This document shows, in pieces, positions 1 through 10,057 of a stretch of 64,000 nucleotides of DNA; position 1 is the stretch's first letter, and each line of letters opens with the position of its first letter. The notes beneath the pieces are model-generated. The model made no database searches and was not told the origin of the DNA. It saw only the letters and a program-made list of their open reading frames with translations. This DNA comes from Alphaproteobacteria bacterium (lineage in GTDB: Bacteria; Pseudomonadota; Alphaproteobacteria; RF32; CAG-239), in assembly GCA_045611785.1 (NCBI GenBank), contig JAZKXV010000012.1:82916-146915 (forward strand), written 5' to 3'. A program made the translations under genes and the position numbers.

Positions 1-11
1 AAGTACAGCAA

Positions 12-641
12 ATGCTACGAGAAAGCAAAAAACAAGAATTGATTGATTTGCATATTGCAAAACACGGCATGTATCTTGACTGGGAAAAACAAGTAATTAA
101 TAGCGATTTTGAAACATTCAAATATCATGTTGATTTGCATGAATTTTCCGTAACTGCTCAACAGCATATGTGTGAATTTGCTAATAACGAAAAAATTTCA
201 TACTATATTCAAAAGTATGGTTTATGGTTAGAAGCTCACCCATATCTTGTAACGCACTGCGATGATGATATCTTATATCAGTACATCGACATACATCGCC
301 ATTTCTCCTTAGAAGGAGAAACGGCATTATGCAAAAGAGAAAACCACGATCTCATTATGCACTACATAGACAAGCGTTGTGAAGCATCGTCATTTTCTTT
401 AATCGATGCCTTCTACAAAGCCGGTCGCCTAAATTACATCGAAATTCTGGCTTGCCTAAAAAGAGGTTTTAGCTTAGATGAAATCAGCAAGATGGAGATA
501 AAATTAATGCGAAGTGATCATTATGATGAAATTTTAGAATATATTTCTCATAATAAACCAACTCCAGCAGCCGTAATTGAACTGCTCAAAACAGATCACG
601 AGAAAGCAATATCTCTTTATTTTGAAAAGTGGAATAAATAA
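12..641 (+). CDS. Hypothetical protein, 209 aa. The reading frame stays open to the window edge, so the 5' end may be truncated. It has loosely repeated Y-x-Y-I-(D/Q)-(K/H) segments.
   Basis: Long ORF with no stop upstream in frame. I recognise no motif. A convergent terminator hairpin lies at 651-682. Confidence 0.4.
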   Translation: MLRESKKQELIDLHIAKHGMYLDWEKQVINSDFETFKYHVDLHEFSVTAQQHMCEFANNEKISYYIQKYGLWLEAHPYLVTHCDDDILYQYIDIHRHFSLEGETALCKRENHDLIMHYIDKRCEASSFSLIDAFYKAGRLNYIEILACLKRGFSLDEISKMEIKLMRSDHYDEILEYISHNKPTPAAVIELLKTDHEKAISLYFEKWNK

Positions 642-649
642 TCTTAAGA

Positions 650-682
650 AAAAGCACCTTAATTTAAGGTGCTTTTTCTTTT
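650..682. terminator. Rho-independent terminator between convergent genes.
   Basis: Stem aaagcacctt (651-660), loop aattt, stem aaggtgcttt (666-675), then ttctttt. Confidence 0.6.
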
Positions 683-1430
683 AATAAAAGTTTTTAGTAT
701 CTTTTATCCTCTTGCTGGGTCTTAAATCAACCAACACTCCGTCTTTTAACTGAAGTTGCCTATCCATCTTACCGGCGAGTTCCATATTATGTGTTGCTAT
801 CAATGCGGCCAATCCGGTTTCTTTAACAATATCTAATAATGCCATAAATACATTATCTGATGTATTAGGATCTAAGTTTCCCGTAGGCTCATCAGCAAGC
901 AACAACTTTGGTGTATTTGCTAATGATCTTGCAATTGCAACACGTTGCTGTTCACCTCCTGATAATTCTGTTGGTCTATGATTTAATCTGTCTTTTAAGC
1001 CCATCTTAGACAACAACCACTCTGCTTTTTCTTTTGCAATTGAGTTCTTAACTCCGGCAATAAGTTGCGGAATCATAACATTTTCAAGAGCATCAAAATC
1101 AGACAACAAATTATGATATTGATAAACAAATCCCATATAATCACGTCTGAGGTTGGTTCTTAACCCATCACTTGCTTTAGAACAGTTTTGACCATCAACA
1201 AAAATTTCTCCAGTTGTCGGTCTATCTAACAAGCCTGCAATTTGTAACAATGTAGACTTACCTGATCCGGATGGTCCGATTAATGCTACAACTTCATTTG
1301 AATTAAGCTGTAAATCAAGACCTTTTAAAACTTCTAACTTTTGACTGCCTTGATAATAGTACTTAGTTATTTGCTTTAATTCTAATGTACATATCTTACT
1401 ATTCATAACGTAAAGCCTCCACAGGATCAT
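681..1430 (-). CDS. lolD: Lipoprotein-releasing system ATP-binding protein LolD (ABC ATPase).
   Basis: Walker A GPSGSGKST, ABC signature LSGGEQQRVAIARSL and Walker B LLLADEPTGNLD. It sits immediately downstream of a LolC/E-type permease. Confidence 0.85.
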   Translation of the reverse strand: MILWRLYVMNSKICTLELKQITKYYYQGSQKLEVLKGLDLQLNSNEVVALIGPSGSGKSTLLQIAGLLDRPTTGEIFVDGQNCSKASDGLRTNLRRDYMGFVYQYHNLLSDFDALENVMIPQLIAGVKNSIAKEKAEWLLSKMGLKDRLNHRPTELSGGEQQRVAIARSLANTPKLLLADEPTGNLDPNTSDNVFMALLDIVKETGLAALIATHNMELAGKMDRQLQLKDGVLVDLRPSKRIKDTKNFY

Positions 1431-2661
1431 ACTTTGCAGCTCTGTAAGCCGGATAAATTGTTGCTAAAAATGCAAGCATTAAAGATACGATAGCCACAAC
1501 AGCAACTTCATTAAAGTCTATCTTAGCCGGCAATTTTGATAAGAAGTAAATTTCAGCTGAAAATAACTCTCTGCCAGAAAGCCCTTCTAAGAACTGGCGT
1601 ATACTTTCAATATTTTCGCAAAACAACACTCCTATAAACAAACCGATTAAAGTGCCCACAACACCAATAAATGCACCATCCATAAAGAATATACGCATAA
1701 TCATACCTTTTGTTGCGCCCATTGTACGCAAAACTGCAATATCACGACCTTTGTCTTTAACCAACATTATAAGCCCTGTTATAATATTGAACGCAGCAAC
1801 AATAATGATAAGCGTCAATATTAAAAACATAACATTACGCTCAACATCAATTGCATTAAAAAATGCCGAATTTGTTTGTTTATAATCATACACATAAGCA
1901 TCAATACCAACACTTTGTTCAATCAGAGCCTTAATTTGTGGCATATCAGAATCATTTTTAAGCGTAACATCAATTTGTCCTGCAGATTGAGACATTCCAA
2001 AATATTTTTGAGCAGCTTCCATCGGCATTAAAATATAATTTGCATCATATTCATACATCCCCATGTTAAACACGCCAATAACCTCATAAGACTTCATTCT
2101 TGGAACCGTTCCAAAGGCCGTAACTTTACCGTTAGGTGAAATTAACGTAATTTCATCACCTTCAATAACGCCTAATTTATCTGCAAGCCTATTACCTATA
2201 ATTACTGCATCATCAGAGAAGTTTTCTAGTTTAACCCCCAAAATGCCATTACGCAAAACTTGCTTTTTAAGCAAATCTTCCTTATGAACACCCCTAACCA
2301 TTGCACCTAAAGATGAAGCTCTTGAAGATATCAAAATTTGTTTTTCAATCATAGGAATAGCAACTTCAACTCCTGCAATTTTTTCAATATCACCTACGGC
2401 ATTTTTATAATCAGTAAAAGGAAATCCAGGGGTTGATGCAATCATTATATGACCGTTTATACCCAAAATTCTTGACATTAGCTCGCTTTTAAAACCATTC
2501 ATAACAGACATTACAATGATAAGTGTCGCAACACCTAAAGCAATGCCGGTAAAAGCAAATCCGGTAATAACAGAAATAAACCCTTCTTTTCTTTTTGCTC
2601 TCAAATAGCGTCCGGCTACTAATCTTTCAAATTTTGAAAATATCATATCAAGCATCTCCAC
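1399..2661 (-). CDS. lolC: LolC/LolE-family lipoprotein release permease (FtsX-like, 4 TM, large periplasmic domain).
   Basis: 420 aa. N-terminal TM, then periplasmic domain, then C-terminal FtsX-type 3-TM bundle. Adjacent to lolD. Confidence 0.75.
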   Translation of the reverse strand: MEMLDMIFSKFERLVAGRYLRAKRKEGFISVITGFAFTGIALGVATLIIVMSVMNGFKSELMSRILGINGHIMIASTPGFPFTDYKNAVGDIEKIAGVEVAIPMIEKQILISSRASSLGAMVRGVHKEDLLKKQVLRNGILGVKLENFSDDAVIIGNRLADKLGVIEGDEITLISPNGKVTAFGTVPRMKSYEVIGVFNMGMYEYDANYILMPMEAAQKYFGMSQSAGQIDVTLKNDSDMPQIKALIEQSVGIDAYVYDYKQTNSAFFNAIDVERNVMFLILTLIIIVAAFNIITGLIMLVKDKGRDIAVLRTMGATKGMIMRIFFMDGAFIGVVGTLIGLFIGVLFCENIESIRQFLEGLSGRELFSAEIYFLSKLPAKIDFNEVAVVAIVSLMLAFLATIYPAYRAAKYDPVEALRYE

Positions 2662-2667
2662 TTAGCA

Positions 2668-3807
2668 CTATTTAAATAAGTCTTTAATCTTATCTAAAAA
2701 TGTTTTTATTTCCGGTTGACAATTGTCGTCTTCTGATAAATCTCTAAATTCCTCTAATAATTCTTTTTGACGAGCCGTTAAATTTGTAGGTGTTATCACT
2801 TTCAATATAACATATAAATCGCCTCTTTTGTCAGAATTAATAACGCTCATACCTTCATTTTTAATACGAAGTTTATTACCTGTCTGTGCTCCATTTGTGA
2901 TTTTAACTTCTACCTTTTGACCATCAATACCCGGAATTTCAACCTTACCGCCTAAAGCAGCACATACCATTGAAACAGGAACAGAAGTATACAAATCTTT
3001 ACCTGAACGCTCATATAATTTATGATCTTGGATATTAATAAAAATATACAAGTCGCCTTTTGGACCGCCATTTTTTCCGGCTTGTCCTGCACCGGTAATT
3101 CGCATACGGGTATTATCTTCAACTCCGGCAGGAACCTTAATTTTTAATGCTTTCTCAACTCTAACAGTTCCTTCCCCTCTGCATTCTCTACATTTATCTT
3201 TGATTATGCGTCCCTCACCTCTACATTTAGGACAAACTGTTTCAAACATAAAGAAACCGCCTTGTTGAGTTCTAACTTTACCTGTACCGCGACACATATC
3301 ACAAACTGAAGCTTGTTCACCATTTGCTGTACCATGACCGGAACATTTTTCACACACTTCTGTTGTGCGAACAACTATTTCTTTTTCTACACCTCTAAAG
3401 GCTTCTTCTAAAGTAATCTCCAAGCTATAGCTTAAATCCTCACCTTTTCTTGGGCCATTTCGTGTATTTGAGCGCATGCCACCGCCCATAAAGTCATTAA
3501 ACACATTAGAGAATAAATCTGATAAATCTTCAGCATTAAATCCAAAACCACCACCAAAAGGATTTCCTCCTCCCATAGAATTTTGAAATGCCTGATGTCC
3601 ATATCTATCATATGCAGCACGTTTTTGTTCATCTTTAAGAACTTCATAAGCTTCGTTTATTTCTTTAAATCTTTGTTCAGCTTCCTTATCATCAGGATTT
3701 CTATCCGGATGATATTTCATTGCTAACTTCCTAAAAGAACGCTTAATTTCATCTGCGTTAGCATTTTTATCAACTTCTAAAAGTTCGTAATAATCTCTCT
3801 CACTCAT
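2668..3807 (-). CDS. dnaJ: Molecular chaperone DnaJ (type I).
   Basis: J-domain (DYYELLEV...KYHPDRNP), G/F-rich linker and four CxxCxGxG zinc-finger repeats. Confidence 0.95.
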   Translation of the reverse strand: MSERDYYELLEVDKNANADEIKRSFRKLAMKYHPDRNPDDKEAEQRFKEINEAYEVLKDEQKRAAYDRYGHQAFQNSMGGGNPFGGGFGFNAEDLSDLFSNVFNDFMGGGMRSNTRNGPRKGEDLSYSLEITLEEAFRGVEKEIVVRTTEVCEKCSGHGTANGEQASVCDMCRGTGKVRTQQGGFFMFETVCPKCRGEGRIIKDKCRECRGEGTVRVEKALKIKVPAGVEDNTRMRITGAGQAGKNGGPKGDLYIFINIQDHKLYERSGKDLYTSVPVSMVCAALGGKVEIPGIDGQKVEVKITNGAQTGNKLRIKNEGMSVINSDKRGDLYVILKVITPTNLTARQKELLEEFRDLSEDDNCQPEIKTFLDKIKDLFK

Positions 3808-3824
3808 CTTAGTACCTAATTTTA

Positions 3825-4718
3825 TTAATTATTTTGATTTAACAACTTCGGACTAACCCACATGTTACCTTTTTGTAAAAATTTAGGTAACTCTTTTAAG
3901 GATGATGCACCTGCAGCCTTTGCATGACCGCCACCGCCAAATTTTTCAGCAATTTTTGAAACATCAACATTATCTTTTGCTGTATAAAAAGACAAATTCC
4001 AACAATTTTTCTTATTCATAAAGAAATTTACCATTACATCATAATCTTTAATATTATCCAAAGAATCATAAAACTCTGAATAACCTTGAGGCATATTTGC
4101 ACAAATACATTTATACCCTTCAAATTCGCTTACAAAAGCTTCTGCTCTTACAAGTCTGAAGTTACGATTTCTAATGTATGAAAGTATCGCTTTTCCTTTT
4201 TCAACCATTGAAGCTATATCCATTTTATCTTCAATAAGTTCTTCCCACACTTTATCTGTAGGCTTATTAACCCCTATTGCCTGCATAGCATATTCAAAAG
4301 CTCGAACTCTTTTATCTCTTAAATCAAATATATCATTTAAGCCCAACAACTTAATTCCTAAAGGAGCTTCTTTATTAGGATAAAAATATTCCCAAGTTAA
4401 CAACATAGCTGCCGTTCCAACTCTTCTTAAGCCTTTAATAGGCTCCAAGTTTTCTGTTTTAAGCTTATTTTCATATTGCTCAATAACCGAAATATGATGA
4501 TCAATCCAAACAAAATCTTTTTCTTGACTTAATTTAAACATAAAATCAACCGGCAAAGATATATCACATACTATAATCTTATCATGTTTAATAATTTCAT
4601 CATATGGAATTTCCATATCATGATTTAATCCCATAAGTTCAATTTCAGGGTATATACTTTTCACAATAGCAGCGGAACCTTTTCCATCATGATCAGCAAT
4701 ATGATATATACAAAGCAT
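3825..4718 (-). CDS. DHH/DHHA1-family phosphoesterase (NrnA-like oligoribonuclease/pAp phosphatase).
   Basis: DHH motif (WIDHHIS), DHHA1 GGGGHAKAAG motif and N-terminal D-H-D cluster. Confidence 0.75.
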   Translation of the reverse strand: MLCIYHIADHDGKGSAAIVKSIYPEIELMGLNHDMEIPYDEIIKHDKIIVCDISLPVDFMFKLSQEKDFVWIDHHISVIEQYENKLKTENLEPIKGLRRVGTAAMLLTWEYFYPNKEAPLGIKLLGLNDIFDLRDKRVRAFEYAMQAIGVNKPTDKVWEELIEDKMDIASMVEKGKAILSYIRNRNFRLVRAEAFVSEFEGYKCICANMPQGYSEFYDSLDNIKDYDVMVNFFMNKKNCWNLSFYTAKDNVDVSKIAEKFGGGGHAKAAGASSLKELPKFLQKGNMWVSPKLLNQNN

Positions 4719-4733
4719 TCTTCTTTCCTTTAA

Positions 4734-5531
4734 CTAAAATTCAACCACCATATTATCGTAAGCCGGAAATACATTTTCCGGTGTCAGATTGTTAACCTCA
4801 TCATAATCACATTCTGAAGCCATATGATTTATAACCGTTTTACACGGTTTCATAAGGTTAACATATTCTAATATTTTTTCAAGTCCCATATGATATGGTT
4901 TCTCCCACTTAGAATGAATTATTGTAAGTGGCATTACCATTAATTTAGGGTTTATTTTTATTAATTGCAAACTTTCATCTCCAATTTCCAAACAATCGGC
5001 AACATAAATAAGCTGATTATCGTTAAATATGTATCCATTCGATAAAACCGGATGACCATATAAACTAATTGGAACAATTTTTACACCTTTGACATAAAAA
5101 GGTTCACCATGAAAAACTTCATTACATAATAGACTTGGTCTATAAAGCGGATTATTCGGATTGTTCTTATCTGTTACCAAATATGGAAAACGAGTTTTAA
5201 TTGCATCAATTGTATTAACATTTCCATAAACATCCAAAGGTTTTCCGGATATTCTATTTAAATCTCTTAAATCATCTATACCATGCAAATGATCTGCATG
5301 TGCATGAGTGTATAAAACAGCATCAATATGCTTAATATCATTATCTAATAACTGCCAATGAATATCGGGAGATGTATCAATTAAAAACTTTACGCCATCA
5401 ATTTCAACATATATACTTGTTCTACGACGTCTGTTTTTAGGATTATTCGGATTACAATTGCCCCAACCTGAAGCTAATGATGGAACTCCAGGCGCTGCAC
5501 CACTTCCTAATACGATAAGCTTATTACTCAT
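4734..5531 (-). CDS. MBL-fold metallo-hydrolase (PhnP-like).
   Basis: HxHxDH motif (THAHADHLHG). 265 aa. Confidence 0.75.
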   Translation of the reverse strand: MSNKLIVLGSGAAPGVPSLASGWGNCNPNNPKNRRRRTSIYVEIDGVKFLIDTSPDIHWQLLDNDIKHIDAVLYTHAHADHLHGIDDLRDLNRISGKPLDVYGNVNTIDAIKTRFPYLVTDKNNPNNPLYRPSLLCNEVFHGEPFYVKGVKIVPISLYGHPVLSNGYIFNDNQLIYVADCLEIGDESLQLIKINPKLMVMPLTIIHSKWEKPYHMGLEKILEYVNLMKPCKTVINHMASECDYDEVNNLTPENVFPAYDNMVVEF

Positions 5532-6309
5532 CTTTAATATCTATCCTTCTTGTTTTTGTAAATAGCTCAAAAAAGTTTGATGTAGTTATATCTGATATTT
5601 TATTAAAATCAACACCTTTTATTTCTGCCAAAGCCATTGCCGTATTTATAACATAAGATGGCTCATTTACCTTGCCACGATACGGAACCGGAGCCAAATA
5701 CGGAGTATCTGTTTCAACCAACAATCTATCCAAAGGCACCTTAGAAAAATTTTTCCTTATATCTTGAGCCGAATTGAAAGTTATAATTCCGGAAGCAGAT
5801 ATATACATACCCAAATTCAAAGCAACTTCAGCCAAATCCCAAGATGATGAATAACAATGTATAACACCGCTAAATGGTTTTTCTTTAAATGATGAAGACA
5901 ATATATCCATCATATCATTATCAGATTCCCTATTATGAATAATAATCGGCAAGCCGCTTTGTTGAGCAGCTTTTATCATTTGCTTTAACACTTTAATTTG
6001 TACATCTTTAGGACTAAAATCATAATAATAATCTAATCCGCATTCACCGACAGCCACAACTTTTTCATGTTTTAAATTGTTAAGCACATCATCAGCTGTA
6101 ATATATTCATAATCTTTTGCATCATGAGGATGAACACCACTAACTGTATAAACTCCGTCAAAAGTATTGCAAATGTCCACACCGATATGGATCTCATCAA
6201 ACTTACCACCGGCATTAAGCATAACTTTTACATCTTTATCTTTAGCTCTTTGAATAATATTTGCTAAATCTTCAACTGCATTCAGATGACAATGACTATC
6301 TATCAACAT
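5524..6309 (-). CDS. tatD: TatD-family metal-dependent DNase/hydrolase.
   Basis: N-terminal IDSHCHL motif, conserved E/H/D metal ligands, and the conserved tmk-holB-tatD arrangement. Confidence 0.85.
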   Translation of the reverse strand: MLIDSHCHLNAVEDLANIIQRAKDKDVKVMLNAGGKFDEIHIGVDICNTFDGVYTVSGVHPHDAKDYEYITADDVLNNLKHEKVVAVGECGLDYYYDFSPKDVQIKVLKQMIKAAQQSGLPIIIHNRESDNDMMDILSSSFKEKPFSGVIHCYSSSWDLAEVALNLGMYISASGIITFNSAQDIRKNFSKVPLDRLLVETDTPYLAPVPYRGKVNEPSYVINTAMALAEIKGVDFNKISDITTSNFFELFTKTRRIDIKDE

Positions 6310-6310
6310 A

Positions 6311-7354
6311 CTATAATACCTTACAAATTATATTTATAATATTGATTAAAGCTTGTCTTTTATCCATATTCAGACTAACCGTATCATAAAAAATCTTTCT
6401 GACTTTATCCCAAGCATCTCCAATTTGTTCAATTTTTTCACCGCTAAAGAACATATCTACGATAAATTTCTCAATCAATTCTTGGCACAAATCCCAAACC
6501 TGTTCATCTTTAGATGCTTGCGAAGCTAAATCAAGAGCCTTATCTACATCAAATTCAGACCTTGCAAAAAACAGGTTTTCTAATGTCTGATATAACACAA
6601 GCCCATTATTATCGGCATATTTTATAGCTTTACCGATACTGCCCGAACATATTTTAACCAATTCTTTTATTTGTCCCTCTGAAAGTTCTGGTCTATATCT
6701 GCGCAATAACGAAGCAACATTTTCATTTTCTAACGGCAATAAATTTAGTTTTGCACACCTTGATTTTATGGTTGGTAAAAGCTTATTAGGATTATGAGAA
6801 ATCAATAAAAGCATACTTTTAGCAGGTGGTTCTTCCAAAATTTTCAACAAAGCATTTGCTGCATTTTGGTTCATATCATCGGCACAATCGACAATAACAA
6901 CTCTCCAATTGCCATCAAAAGATTTTTTACTCAAAAACTCATTAACCAACCTAACTTCATCAACTTTAATAACCGAAGATTTTTTAAAACCTTGCATATC
7001 ATTTTCATCTAAGGTTTCACCATCTTTAATTGCTTTGATTATCTTCTTTTTATCTGTTTCAATAAAATCTCTTTCAATAATTTTTAAATCAGGGTGTGAA
7101 TTAGATGCCACCAACTTAAACACCGGATTATTTTCAGTTACATTAATAGAAGTATACTCTTCTTTTTTAGACATATCAGCGCTAAGTAAAAATCGAGCAA
7201 TTTTATATGCAAAAGTTGCTTTACCGATGCCTTCGGGTCCGCTAATCAGCCATGAATTATGTATTTTCCCAGACTTAAAGGCCGATAAAAATACGTTTAA
7301 TGCATCATCGTGACCTATAAGATAGGAATTAAATTGAGGCAATATATTATCCAT
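6311..7354 (-). CDS. holB: DNA polymerase III delta-prime subunit.
   Basis: AAA+ clamp-loader Walker A-like GPEGIGKATFA and position between tmk and tatD. Confidence 0.85.
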   Translation of the reverse strand: MDNILPQFNSYLIGHDDALNVFLSAFKSGKIHNSWLISGPEGIGKATFAYKIARFLLSADMSKKEEYTSINVTENNPVFKLVASNSHPDLKIIERDFIETDKKKIIKAIKDGETLDENDMQGFKKSSVIKVDEVRLVNEFLSKKSFDGNWRVVIVDCADDMNQNAANALLKILEEPPAKSMLLLISHNPNKLLPTIKSRCAKLNLLPLENENVASLLRRYRPELSEGQIKELVKICSGSIGKAIKYADNNGLVLYQTLENLFFARSEFDVDKALDLASQASKDEQVWDLCQELIEKFIVDMFFSGEKIEQIGDAWDKVRKIFYDTVSLNMDKRQALINIINIICKVL

Positions 7355-7357
7355 TTT

Positions 7358-8002
7358 TTATAACCCAAACCTATCGCAAACAACCTTAACAATGTCTTTG
7401 TGTAACTCTTCAATACTTTTATTTGCATCTAAAACAACACATCTATCCGGATTTTCTTTAGCTATCTCTAAATAACCATAACGCAAATTTTCATGCCAAA
7501 TAAGTTCACGATTTTCATTTCTTGTTTCTTTATTAACCATTGTTTCGGCTTTTTTAAATGAACGAGCCAACCCTATTTTAGGGTCAATATCTAACACAAT
7601 AGTCAAATCAGGCTTAAACGTTCCGACTGCAAAATTATACAAAGCGTTGATATCTTCTTTTGATAATCTTTTATTATATGCATAATATTGATAAGCCATT
7701 GTAGAATCTGCAAATCTATCACTTAAAACCCATTGTCCCTGTTCTACGGCTGGCCAAACCTTCTTAACCATATGTATACGTCTGTCGGCAAAAAACAATA
7801 AAGCCTCAGCTTCTGCATCTAGCTTACTAATTTCGCCTTCAATCAGAATACGTCTTAACTCCAGACCGATTTCAGTTCCTCCCGGCTCTTTTGTAAGAAC
7901 GACATCTTTAGTTTTTGACATCAAAAATTCGGCTAACAATTTAATTTGTGTTGACTTGCCGGTACCCTCGCCGCCTTCAAAGGTTATAAATTTTCCAAAC
8001 AT
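7358..8002 (-). CDS. tmk: Thymidylate kinase.
   Basis: P-loop ITFEGGEGTGKST, DRF motif and LID region. Confidence 0.95.
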   Translation of the reverse strand: MFGKFITFEGGEGTGKSTQIKLLAEFLMSKTKDVVLTKEPGGTEIGLELRRILIEGEISKLDAEAEALLFFADRRIHMVKKVWPAVEQGQWVLSDRFADSTMAYQYYAYNKRLSKEDINALYNFAVGTFKPDLTIVLDIDPKIGLARSFKKAETMVNKETRNENRELIWHENLRYGYLEIAKENPDRCVVLDANKSIEELHKDIVKVVCDRFGL

Positions 8003-9162
8003 TATTTATTTCCTAACACCAAATATTTTAAATTAGCCATAAACTTGTTAAACACGCTCATTTGTTCTACATCATTTGCAGCCACTAACGGAAAATCTTT
8101 TTCAAAACCTTCCGGACTTACTAAAGTGACCTTACCAACTTTATCTCCTTTGTTTACAGGAGCTTTAATTGGTTCTTTATAACTAACTCTGAGCTCATAC
8201 TTATTACGTAAGTTTTTCTTAATTGTTTCCACAACATCATCAGAAACCGTTAAATCAAGTATATTGGTTTTACCGTACCAAACTTTGGCTGTTGATAAAA
8301 CATCGCCTTTATTTAAGATTTTATAGTTATCAAATTCTCTAAAACCATAGTTCATAAGTTTTTCAGCTTCTTCTGAACGTTCTTTATTGCTTTTCATTCC
8401 GCCCATAACACTAATTAAACGACGTCCGTTCTTTTTAGCAGAAGCAGTTAAACAAAATCCTGCTTCATCTGTATGTCCTGTTTTTAAGCCATCTGCGGCA
8501 TCCATAGAATATAACAACGGATTTCTGTTACCTTGTTTAATTCCGTTATATGTAAACTCTTTTTGCGAAAACAGATGATAATAATCTTCAAATTCTTCAA
8601 TTATCAGCTTTGCCAACTTAGCTAAATCTTCAACAGACATCTTATGATCAGGATGAGGCCAACCTGTTGAATTTGCAAACATACTGTTGGTTAAACCTAT
8701 TTTTTCAGCTGTTTCAGTCATTAATACAGCAAAATCTTCTTCTGAGCCTGATATATTTTCAGCAACGGTAATACAAGCATCGTTACCTGATTGTATAATT
8801 ATCCCCTTAAGCAAGTCTTCTACTTTTACATCTTCTCCGATCTTTAAAAACATTGTAGAACTTCCACTGGCGGCTCCGCCTTTGCGCCAAGCATTTTCGC
8901 TCACAGTAAAAGTGTCGTCTAAAGAAAGAGAACCGTTTTTAATTTTATCAAAAACAATGTACAATGTCATAAGCTTGCTCATTGATGCAGGAGCTATTTT
9001 TTTATCATGACCTTTTGTATAAATATATGCGCCGGTATCATAATCAACTAAAATAGCATTTTTTGCTGCAGTTTCAAAAGCTACAGCCTTAAATGAAAAC
9101 AAAACACTTAACAATGAACCGGCTATTAACTTAAATTGTATTTTCATTAAATATCTCCTCAA
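8002..9162 (-). CDS. D-alanyl-D-alanine carboxypeptidase (PBP5/6 family, serine-type).
   Basis: Signal peptide, then SxxK (SMSKLMT), SGN and KTG motifs and a C-terminal beta-sandwich domain. Adjacent to rlpA, as in E. coli rlpA-dacA. Confidence 0.9.
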   Translation of the reverse strand: MRRYLMKIQFKLIAGSLLSVLFSFKAVAFETAAKNAILVDYDTGAYIYTKGHDKKIAPASMSKLMTLYIVFDKIKNGSLSLDDTFTVSENAWRKGGAASGSSTMFLKIGEDVKVEDLLKGIIIQSGNDACITVAENISGSEEDFAVLMTETAEKIGLTNSMFANSTGWPHPDHKMSVEDLAKLAKLIIEEFEDYYHLFSQKEFTYNGIKQGNRNPLLYSMDAADGLKTGHTDEAGFCLTASAKKNGRRLISVMGGMKSNKERSEEAEKLMNYGFREFDNYKILNKGDVLSTAKVWYGKTNILDLTVSDDVVETIKKNLRNKYELRVSYKEPIKAPVNKGDKVGKVTLVSPEGFEKDFPLVAANDVEQMSVFNKFMANLKYLVLGNK

Positions 9163-9980
9163 TCTTTTACTATTCTAGCATCATAAACGCCATAATTTCT
9201 AATTTTATTAAGAGCCACTTCAGCCTCTTCCCGATAAGAAAACGGCCCTATTCTTACTCTATAATATGTTGTGCCTGAAACAAACACATCTTTAACATCA
9301 CCTTGCCCAAACTGCCGTAATTTTGCATATAAATTATCAGCTAAATCTTTTTGTGTAAAAGATGCCGCCTGAATGTAATATTGTGTATTTAAGCTGTTTT
9401 CTTGTGAGCTTGATGTTTTCATAACCGATATTTTTGAAACATTTGGCACCGATTGTCCTAAAAGTGCGGCTTTTAATGCCTTACTTTCATCTGCCATAAT
9501 ATCTACTCGCACCTTTGTTATACCTTTTGTTTGATACCCTAACAATTGCGCACCACGTTTTGAAATATCAATAATTCGTTCTTTAGCATATGGGCCTCTA
9601 TCATTTACCCTTAATACCAAAGAACGACCATTTTCTAAGTTTGTAACTCTAACAATTGAAGGCAATGGAAGAGTTCTATGAGCAGCTGTTAATGTATTCA
9701 TATCATAAGTTTCGCCATTGGCAGTTTTTTTAGCATGAAAATCTTCGCCATACCAACTTGCCATACCAACTTCAGAATAAGAATAATCTTCTTTTGGGTA
9801 ATACCACTTACCCATAATTTTATACGGCGTACCAACTTTATATACACCGCCATAATTTTTTATAACAATCGCTTGAGCCTGTGGAGACAAACCACCCAAC
9901 TCGGGTGTTCCTTTTGAAGCACACCCGTACAAAAACACAAGCATCAATAAACTCAATATTCTAATTTTAGTCACTTTCAT
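9159..9980 (-). CDS. rlpA: Septal ring lytic transglycosylase RlpA (DPBB domain plus C-terminal SPOR), lipoprotein.
   Basis: Lipobox LLMLVFLYGC, RlpA double-psi beta-barrel (SWYGEDFHAKKTANGE...RVNDRGPY) and SPOR domain at the C-terminus. Confidence 0.85.
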   Translation of the reverse strand: MKVTKIRILSLLMLVFLYGCASKGTPELGGLSPQAQAIVIKNYGGVYKVGTPYKIMGKWYYPKEDYSYSEVGMASWYGEDFHAKKTANGETYDMNTLTAAHRTLPLPSIVRVTNLENGRSLVLRVNDRGPYAKERIIDISKRGAQLLGYQTKGITKVRVDIMADESKALKAALLGQSVPNVSKISVMKTSSSQENSLNTQYYIQAASFTQKDLADNLYAKLRQFGQGDVKDVFVSGTTYYRVRIGPFSYREEAEVALNKIRNYGVYDARIVKD

Positions 9981-10057
9981 TTATTTCTTTTAATCATTTT
10001 TCCATAAGCTACATTGTTTTTTTATATTCGTCCAGTCTGATTTTAAAGTTGTAAAAC

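Noticed and set aside
1652-1885. Short ORFs on the strand opposite long CDSs. Examples: 1652-1885, 3432-3647, 4174-4383, 6909-7313, 8387-8578, 8687-9010, 9735-9917, 10244-10513, 12745-12951, 13765-13947, 14098-14358, 16966-17151, 19085-19303, 23968-24171, 26744-27378 set, 32587-32826, 34782-35969 set, 37541-38476 set, 44609-45295 set, 48723-49205, 50266-50643, 51015-51790 set, 54673-54983, 55645-55866, 57004-57325, 57958-58768, 59813-61591 set, 62029-62508.
   Set aside because: Each lies fully inside (antisense or out of frame to) a well-supported conserved gene. They have low-complexity AT-driven translations with no motifs. Judged spurious.
2655-2680. CIRCE-like half-site (ttagcact) near the dnaJ/lolC junction.
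   Set aside because: Only one half is present. There is no inverted partner GAGTGCTAA within 9 nt. Judged a chance match.
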